Shown here in pieces: positions 58,435 through 64,000 of a DNA stretch of 64,000 bases. The notes beneath the pieces are model-generated. The model saw nothing but the letters and a program-made list of their open reading frames with translations. It ran no database searches and had not been told where the DNA came from. The stretch spans positions 25,001 to 89,000 of the forward strand of contig JADLGE010000001.1 of assembly GCA_020849475.1 (NCBI GenBank). The letters are read 5' to 3'. Positions within the stretch are counted from its first letter, which is position 1. Every line of letters starts with the position of its first letter. Source of the stretch: Gammaproteobacteria bacterium (GTDB taxonomy: Bacteria > Pseudomonadota > Gammaproteobacteria > Ga0077536). Both the position numbers and the translations under genes were made by a program.

Positions 58435-58525
58435 TAAGTACTAATGATGGCACCACCCAATCATCCATGCGTAATCCCGCGCCATACGCCCGGCGCATCA
58501 TTCGCCGGGCGTACTCATCTTCGAC

Positions 58526-59290
58526 TCAGTCGTCGCCGCCCAGCCACCCGCCTTCCACCGGCAGCACCGCGCCGGTCGTAAAGCTCGAAGCGCTGCTCGC
58601 GAAATACAACGCCGCGCCGACGATCTCTTCGGGTTGGCCGCCGCGCTTCATGGCCATGCGCTGAGCTCGCTGTTCAAAACTCTGCATGTCCCAGGCCTTG
58701 GATATGTCGGTCAGGAATGGCCCGGCCATGATGCTGTTCACGCGCACCTGCGGCCCATAGGCATGGGCGAATGCGCCCGTGATGCAATTCAAGCCCGCTT
58801 TCGCTGCGCCATAAGGCTGCGAACCCGGCACCGGTCGCATGGCGGCGGTGCTGGAGATATTGATGATGGTGCCCCCACCCGCGGCCTGCATGCGTGGCGC
58901 AATGAGACCCATGAGGCGGAACGGTCCCTTGAGATTGATGGCAATGACCTTGTCGAAGAGATCTTCCGTCACCTGGTCGAGCGACGGGTACAGCGGCGAC
59001 AAGCCGGCGTTGTTCACCAGCACGTCAATCTTGCCGAAGTGCGCGTACACGGCCTCGACCATGGTCGCGAGATCGTCCCAGCGCCCGACGTGGCAGGAAT
59101 ACGGCAAGGCTCGCCGTCCGAGTGCTTCGATTTCCGCGGCTACTGCCTGGCACTGGTCGAGCTTGCGGCTGACCACGGCGATGTCGGCGCCGCGTTCGGC
59201 AAAGGCCAGCGCCATCTGGCGACCGAGTCCGCGACTGCCGCCGGTGACCAAGGCGACCTTGCCGCTCAAATCAAACAAATCTTTGCTCAT
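58526..59290 (-). CDS. SDR-family oxidoreductase
   Basis: GKVALVTGGSRGLG, NNAG, YGAAKAG motifs. RBS GAGGGGAG. Confidence 0.8.
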   Translation of the reverse strand: MSKDLFDLSGKVALVTGGSRGLGRQMALAFAERGADIAVVSRKLDQCQAVAAEIEALGRRALPYSCHVGRWDDLATMVEAVYAHFGKIDVLVNNAGLSPLYPSLDQVTEDLFDKVIAINLKGPFRLMGLIAPRMQAAGGGTIINISSTAAMRPVPGSQPYGAAKAGLNCITGAFAHAYGPQVRVNSIMAGPFLTDISKAWDMQSFEQRAQRMAMKRGGQPEEIVGAALYFASSASSFTTGAVLPVEGGWLGGDD

Positions 59291-59367
59291 GTTTCTCCCC
59301 TCGATCTATTGATGCTGCATTGTCGCAGTGGCCCGTGTGAGGCGCCATCCATGCTCGCATCGCGCCC

Positions 59368-59391
59368 AAAAAAAAGGGCCGTCCCGGCCCC
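59368..59391 (-). terminator. Intrinsic-terminator-like structure on the minus strand (GGGCCGGGACGGCCC + T8), about 80 nt upstream of the SDR start
   Basis: Plus strand reads AAAAAAAAGGGCCGTCCCGGCCC; minus strand reads a GC hairpin followed by eight U. No minus-strand gene lies upstream. Confidence 0.4.
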
Positions 59392-59585
59392 GATAAGGTG
59401 TTGCCATCATGCAATCGTCACCATCCGGTGCCGGGCATGGCAGTGTGGGAGGAAGCAACGCAGGGCTACATCCGTGTCCCGATGGAAAGCTTCATCGGCC
59501 CGCTGCCTGGGCGGGCACTGCGCCCGGCCATGGCAACCGGGGTAGAATGCCCCGACACCACGAACCAGACGCTAAAAACCATTCG

Positions 59586-60161
59586 ATGTCGAATCCGCAG
59601 AAACCCACCTTGCATCGCGACGCCTGGCTCAAGAAAGCACTCGACGTGCTGTTCTCCCACGGCATCAGCAGTGTCAAGGTCGAAATCCTGGCGCGCGAAC
59701 TGGCGGTCACCAAGGGCAGCTTCTACTGGCACTTCAAGAACCGCGACGAGCTGCTGCACCAGATGGTCGACTGGTGGCGCGACAATCAGAAAGCCTTCAT
59801 CGCGCGCCTCGACGTCACCCACATCACCGACGCGCCCAACCTCATCAAGTCAGTGATCGATTTCACCCATCACACCGACGACTCGCGCCACGACGTCGCC
59901 ATGCGCGAGTTCGCGCGCTTTGACCGCTACGCCGCCGAAGCCGTCGCCGAAATCGACCGTCGTCGTATCGATTACCTGTGCGTGCTGTTCAAGGCCGCCC
60001 ACTTCGAACCGGCCGAGGCCCTGCTCCGCGCCCAGGCCCTGTACTTCTACCAGGTCGGTGAATACACCACGTCGCTGACCATGGACGCGGAACTCCGCGA
60101 TGAACTCGCCGAGCGCCGTTTCCGTCTGCTGATCGGCAAGCCCGAAGGCGGCACCGCTTAA
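59586..60161 (+). CDS. TetR/AcrR-family transcriptional regulator
   Basis: HTH region ALDVLFSHGISSVKVEILARELAVTKGSFYWHFKNRDELL. The track ORF carries a spurious 59-aa extension. Confidence 0.8.
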   Translation: MSNPQKPTLHRDAWLKKALDVLFSHGISSVKVEILARELAVTKGSFYWHFKNRDELLHQMVDWWRDNQKAFIARLDVTHITDAPNLIKSVIDFTHHTDDSRHDVAMREFARFDRYAAEAVAEIDRRRIDYLCVLFKAAHFEPAEALLRAQALYFYQVGEYTTSLTMDAELRDELAERRFRLLIGKPEGGTA

Positions 60162-60261
60162 GCGTCCCGTACGGTATCGTACCGTACGAGGGCGTACGGG
60201 AATGTAGCAGTGCAGATTGGGCAGTGCAATGTTCGATAGAACGTTCGCACGGAGACGCTTG

Positions 60262-60338
60262 GTGCCAGACTGCACTCTGACCCACACCAGCAACCGAACA
60301 ACAGTGTTCTTCCCGGTGGGTCAGACTTCAGTCTGACA
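60262..60338. repeat. REP/MITE-like inverted-repeat element, family 1, second copy
   Basis: GTGCCAGACTGCACTCTGACCCACAC, 27-nt loop, GTGGGTCAGACTTCAGTCTGACA. Arms nearly identical to the 4012-4079 copy. Sits in the convergent tetR/acd intergenic region. Confidence 0.6.
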
Positions 60339-60374
60339 TTGAGAAATGCTTCAGCACGGCCGGCGCCCTGCTCT

Positions 60375-61733
60375 TCACACCTCCGCCGCGCCCGCCCACT
60401 TGAACGGCCCATACAGGCCCTGGGCGATATCCAGGCGATCACGTTGCGCGCCGCCCAGCCACATCTGCACGATTTTGTAATCGCGCATGTATTTTTCGAG
60501 ATGACTCTCGTAGGCGTAGCCGGCCGAGCCCATCAACTCCATGCCGCGGTTGCATACGAGTTCGGCGGTGTCGCCGGCGTACGAGCGCGCGGCTGAACAC
60601 TTGGCTTTCATTTCCTTGCTCCACGGCGGACCGTAGATGTCCGGCCGTGTCACCTGCCAGGTGACCGACAGGTAATACTGGCGCGCGATGTCGATGGCGC
60701 GATACATCTCGGCGAGGTGGTTGGCGAACAGCGAACGCTCGCGCATCGGCGTGCCTTCGATGATGCGGTTGCGGGTGAATTCGAGCACGATTTCCAGCAC
60801 CGCCTCGCTCAAGCCCGTCAGTCGCGCCGCTCCGGCCAGACGTCCCAGTGCGATGATGAAGCCACTGACCAGGTTGGCGCCCTGTCCGCGCTCGGTATCC
60901 ACGCGGTAGCGCCTGGGAATGCGCACGTTGTTGTACCAGAGGTCAGCATTCAACTCGGTATAGGAGAAGCCCATCTTCTGGTAAGGATTGGAGAACTCGA
61001 GGCCCGGCGCGTCGGGCGGCACGTAGAACAAGCCCACGCCGTCCGGCCCGAGCTTAGGATCGGTGGTCGCCACCGTCCAGTAGCCGAGGTGGCCCGCCAT
61101 GTGCTCTGTCCTGAACCTTTCGGCATAACCCGACGGTCCGGGCCACAGCTTGTGGCCGTTGATGACGTAGTCGTCACCATCTTCCCTGGCGATGACCTTG
61201 AGACTGCGAAAGCCCTGTGCCGGGTCTTCAACATTGGCGCCGCCATGGGGCTCGGTGATCGCAACGCACGCTGTCCACGATTCGCCGCCGACGATGCGTG
61301 GCGCGAACTCCTGCAAAAGGTCGTCGCGCTTGGCGGCCGCCATGCACGACACAATCCAGTGAATCTTGCCGACCTTGGTCGCGAGACCAATGTCAGCGCG
61401 CGACAATTCCTCGTTGATCATCTGTCGCACCACCGGAGCATAGGCGAGACCGCCATAGGCTTCCGGCAGATTGGTGCGCGTCACGCCGAGGTCGACCAGC
61501 TTGGCGTAGAGCCGGTGCACGGTCTCCTTGGCGAGTTTCTCGTCGCGATGCCAGCCGCCTTCGAGATCATGGCGATAGGGCATCAGCTCTTTATTGACGA
61601 AAGAGCGGATGGTCTCGGCGATGACGATTTCATCGTCGGTGCAGAACGCGCGGGTGTATTTCTGGGCAGGTTCCAGCAGGCGATAGCCCTCGCCCACGAC
61701 CTGTTGCAACCGCTCGGCGGCTTGTGCGCTCAT
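60375..61733 (-). CDS. Acyl-CoA dehydrogenase family protein
   Basis: ACAD N-terminal, middle and C-terminal domain pattern (GGANVEDP..., ...GSAGYAYESHLEKYMRD...). Start at MSAQAAE. Confidence 0.8.
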   Translation of the reverse strand: MSAQAAERLQQVVGEGYRLLEPAQKYTRAFCTDDEIVIAETIRSFVNKELMPYRHDLEGGWHRDEKLAKETVHRLYAKLVDLGVTRTNLPEAYGGLAYAPVVRQMINEELSRADIGLATKVGKIHWIVSCMAAAKRDDLLQEFAPRIVGGESWTACVAITEPHGGANVEDPAQGFRSLKVIAREDGDDYVINGHKLWPGPSGYAERFRTEHMAGHLGYWTVATTDPKLGPDGVGLFYVPPDAPGLEFSNPYQKMGFSYTELNADLWYNNVRIPRRYRVDTERGQGANLVSGFIIALGRLAGAARLTGLSEAVLEIVLEFTRNRIIEGTPMRERSLFANHLAEMYRAIDIARQYYLSVTWQVTRPDIYGPPWSKEMKAKCSAARSYAGDTAELVCNRGMELMGSAGYAYESHLEKYMRDYKIVQMWLGGAQRDRLDIAQGLYGPFKWAGAAEV

Positions 61734-61776
61734 CGAAAAATCCTCCAAACACGCTTGGCCGAAACCGTCATTGTAG

Positions 61777-61794
61777 GTGCGAATTCATACGCAC
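61777..61794. repeat. Family-2 palindrome GTGCGAATTCATACGCAC (single copy) immediately upstream of the acyl-CoA dehydrogenase start
   Basis: One mismatch from the GTGCGAATTCATTCGCAC core seen at 26043, 26101 and 63287. Confidence 0.5.
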
Positions 61795-61810
61795 ATGGAT
61801 TTCCAGTGTC

Positions 61811-62479
61811 TCAATCAATACTCATCGCGAGCACGCGGCTCACATAGGTGAGCGACTTTCCCGATTGCTCGCACCAGTGGTCGAACGCCGCCTGCACGGC
61901 CTGCATGTCGCGCTTCGATGACGGCGCTCGGTGCAGCACGCCCTCGTCCACCAGCACGCGCACCACGTCGATGGACAGCACCCAGCTTTCGAGGCCCATG
62001 CGGCGCAGAAAATATTGCGCTGTCATGCCGCCCAGCCGCGCGCCGCGCTTCTTCAGCACCTCCAGCAATTCCGCGTAACGTCGCGGCCCGAAGCTCGCGA
62101 AAAACGCGCCGGCGCCGCCATGCTGCTGGGCAAGGTCGAGCACCAATTGCGCGTTGTCACGGGTCGCGAGCAGCTTGGCGTGATGCCGGATGATGCGCGT
62201 ATCCGCCAGCAGTTTCTCAATGTCTTCGTCCGACAGGTATGCCAGCGCATGGGCATCGAAGCCGTGCAGCGCCGCTTCGAAACCTGGCCACTTGTGTTCG
62301 ACCACACGCCACACGAAGCCCGCCTGGAACACGCCCTGGGTCATGGCGGCGAGCCAGCGGTCATCGGCGATGGCGGCGATGGCGCGCGCACTCTTCGGCT
62401 TGGGGATGTGCGCCTCGAGCGCCGACACGCCGCCTTTGCGGCGCGCGGCGCGCTCGAGAAGCTCGTCGAAGGTACGCAC
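61811..62479 (-). CDS. Tag-family (DNA-3-methyladenine glycosylase I-like) protein with a divergent N-terminus; function uncertain
   Basis: Central and C-terminal region aligns to Tag (GFVWRVVEHKWPGFEAALHGFD...IIRHHAKL...LKKRGARLGGMTAQYF) but lacks the canonical N-terminal Y-H-D-x-E-W-G motif. GTG start at 62479 inferred; the track ORF's N-terminal 125 aa overlap the adjacent SDR and are spurious. Confidence 0.5.
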   Translation of the reverse strand: MRTFDELLERAARRKGGVSALEAHIPKPKSARAIAAIADDRWLAAMTQGVFQAGFVWRVVEHKWPGFEAALHGFDAHALAYLSDEDIEKLLADTRIIRHHAKLLATRDNAQLVLDLAQQHGGAGAFFASFGPRRYAELLEVLKKRGARLGGMTAQYFLRRMGLESWVLSIDVVRVLVDEGVLHRAPSSKRDMQAVQAAFDHWCEQSGKSLTYVSRVLAMSID

Positions 62480-62487
62480 GCCCGCCC

Positions 62488-63225
62488 TCAGCGATGCAAG
62501 CCGCCGTCGACGGTGTACTCGCCGTTGGTGCAGTAGGAGCTTTCGTCGCTGGCGAGGAACAACACCAGGTTCGCCACTTCCAGCGCGGTCGCCATGCGCC
62601 CCATGGGCACGAGTTTCAAGGCTTTGTCCATCTTGCCGGCCACCGCCGCCTGGGTCTGGGTCAGCATGACGGTGTCGATGAAGCCCGGGTGCACCGAGTT
62701 CACGCGCACGCCAAAGCGACCGAGTTCCTGCGCCGCGGCCTTGGTCATGCCGCGCACGGCCCACTTTGAAGTCGCATAGGCGAACGCACCCGCCACGCCT
62801 TCCATGCCGGCCAGTGAGGATATATTGATGATGGAGCCACGCTTGGCTTCGCACATCGCCGGCGCCACGGCGCGCATGCCGAGGAACACGCCCTTCTGAT
62901 TGACCGCCACGACTCGATCGAAATCCTCGTCGCTGGTGTCGAGCAGGCGGCCGAGCTTGAAGATGCCGGCATTGTTGACCAGCACATCGATGTGGCCGTG
63001 CTTGGCGAGCGTTGCATCGACCACACCCTGCCAGGCGGCGGCGCTGGTGACGTCGTGGGTGATGAAGGTCGCGCCGATTTCCGCGGCTAACGCCTGGCCT
63101 TCAGCTTCAAGCACGTCGGTGATGACGACGTCGGCGCCTTCGGCGCGAAACAGCCGCGCTTCATCGGCGCCCTGTCCGCGCGCACCACCCGTGATGAGCG
63201 CTACTTTGCCCTGCAATCTTGCCAT
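62488..63225 (-). CDS. SDR-family oxidoreductase (hydroxysteroid / 3-hydroxyacyl-CoA dehydrogenase-like)
   Basis: GKVALITGGARGQG, NNAG, YATSKWAVRG motifs. Confidence 0.8.
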   Translation of the reverse strand: MARLQGKVALITGGARGQGADEARLFRAEGADVVITDVLEAEGQALAAEIGATFITHDVTSAAAWQGVVDATLAKHGHIDVLVNNAGIFKLGRLLDTSDEDFDRVVAVNQKGVFLGMRAVAPAMCEAKRGSIINISSLAGMEGVAGAFAYATSKWAVRGMTKAAAQELGRFGVRVNSVHPGFIDTVMLTQTQAAVAGKMDKALKLVPMGRMATALEVANLVLFLASDESSYCTNGEYTVDGGLHR

Positions 63226-63286
63226 GTCATTCACTCCAGAAATTCGCGGACGGCGTTGGCCACCGCGAGAGGTTGATCGAGTGTCG

Positions 63287-63304
63287 GTGCGAATTCATTC
63301 GCAC
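63287..63304. repeat. Family-2 palindrome GTGCGAATTCATTCGCAC (single copy) between the CoA-transferase and SDR genes
   Basis: Exact core. Sits in the 83-bp intergenic spacer of a same-strand gene cluster. Confidence 0.5.
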
Positions 63305-63317
63305 ACTGGAAACGCAC

Positions 63318-64000
63318 TTACCTGTCACCGCTGACCAGCAAGCCGCGCTGCGTAAGCTCAACAATCCGCGCCGCGTCATAGCCCGCCACCTCCGACAGCA
63401 CCTGGCGGTTGTGCTCACCGAGCAGCGGCGCGACCTTCGCCGAGTAGTCGGTCTGGCCCGAAAAGCGCAGTGGAAAACCCGGCAGCATGAGGGTGCCGAG
63501 GAAAGGATCCTCGACCGGACGAATGGCGCCGCGGCCTTTGAAATAGGGATGGGTCAGGGCATCCATCGGACTCAACACCGGCCCGCAAGGCACGCGATGG
63601 GCTTCGAGATGTTCGAGCAGGGCTGCGTCGCTCGCCCAACTCCCCATCCACGCTTCTATCTGCGGAATCAATTCGGATTGGTGCTTGGCGCGGCCGGCCG
63701 CTTCGGCAAAGCGCGGGTCGGTTTCGAGATCGGGCCGGCCCATGGCCTTGCACATATTCTTCCACTGGCCCTGCACGATCAGCAGTGAGATATAGCCGTT
63801 CGGCGACTTGTACACACCACATGGGCAGATCAGCGGATGGTGGGAGCCCATGCGCTGCGGCACGAAGTCGGGGTTGACCTGCGGCACCTGCAGATTCATC
63901 TCGTGCATGGCGAACAGGCAATCGATCATGGAAATATCCATCCACTGCCCTTCCCCGGTCCGTTCCCGATTGAACAGCGCATAGCCGATGGCGGAAAACG
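63318..64000 (-). CDS. CoA-transferase family III (CaiB/BaiF-like), C-terminal part; N-terminus beyond the window end
   Basis: ...ERTGEGQWMDISMIDCL... and downstream family III motifs. The reading frame stays open beyond 63941 to the window edge. Confidence 0.7.
   Translation of the reverse strand, partial: FSAIGYALFNRERTGEGQWMDISMIDCLFAMHEMNLQVPQVNPDFVPQRMGSHHPLICPCGVYKSPNGYISLLIVQGQWKNMCKAMGRPDLETDPRFAEAAGRAKHQSELIPQIEAWMGSWASDAALLEHLEAHRVPCGPVLSPMDALTHPYFKGRGAIRPVEDPFLGTLMLPGFPLRFSGQTDYSAKVAPLLGEHNRQVLSEVAGYDAARIVELTQRGLLVSGDR

Noticed and set aside
62480-62854. N-terminal 125 aa of the 61811-62854 ORF
   Set aside because: Overlaps the SDR gene 62488-63225 in another frame and has Arg/Gly/His-rich junk composition; the Tag-like homology begins only after position 62479.

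Overview
This is a GC-rich (about 66%) gammaproteobacterial chromosome segment with Pseudomonas-like gene order, densely packed with housekeeping genes, many of them translationally coupled through ATGA or GTGA overlaps. Reading left to right it holds the following.

- **Start of window:** a truncated metH on the minus strand; an LPS-related module (GT2 glycosyltransferase, LAB_N small membrane protein, lptF); a PduO-type adenosyltransferase and thrH; then gluQ, cysZ and queF.
- **Cell-division and stress block:** smc-zipA-ligA; a GGDEF diguanylate cyclase; a yciK-like SDR; nadB divergent from the envelope-stress operon rpoE-rseA-rseB-degP.
- **Translation / RNA processing:** lepA-lepB-DUF4845-rnc-era-recO-pdxJ-acpS-prfC; rne divergent from rluC.
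- **Fatty-acid cluster:** HAD hydrolase, sppA, maf, yceD-rpmF-plsX-fabD-fabG-acpP-fabF-pabC-mltG-tmk-holB-pilZ-tatD.
- **Methylcitrate operon:** a GntR-type regulator followed by prpB-prpC-acnD-prpF.
- **Right end:** a secreted protein with a PEP-CTERM-like tail; yqjG; a sulfide-detoxification operon (tauE-sqr with two YeeE/YedE half-transporters); a TetR-associated acyl-CoA catabolic cluster (SDR, TetR, acyl-CoA dehydrogenase, a Tag-like protein, SDR, CoA-transferase).

I found no rRNA, tRNA, CRISPR array, integrase, transposase or prophage. Structure beyond the genes consists of two families of short palindromic REP/MITE-like repeats, a duplicated GntR-type operator in front of the prp operon, a probable sigma-E promoter, several intrinsic terminators, and an orphan minus-strand terminator sitting in the leader of an SDR gene. 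I did not recognise a clearly novel multi-gene system. The most unusual pieces are the orphan GT2 + LAB_N pair attached to lptF and metH, the PEP-CTERM-like protein, the unexplained repeat families, and the leader terminator.

The ORF track treats GTG and TTG as start codons, so several listed ORFs carry spurious N-terminal extensions; I trimmed starts where homology made the true start clear.
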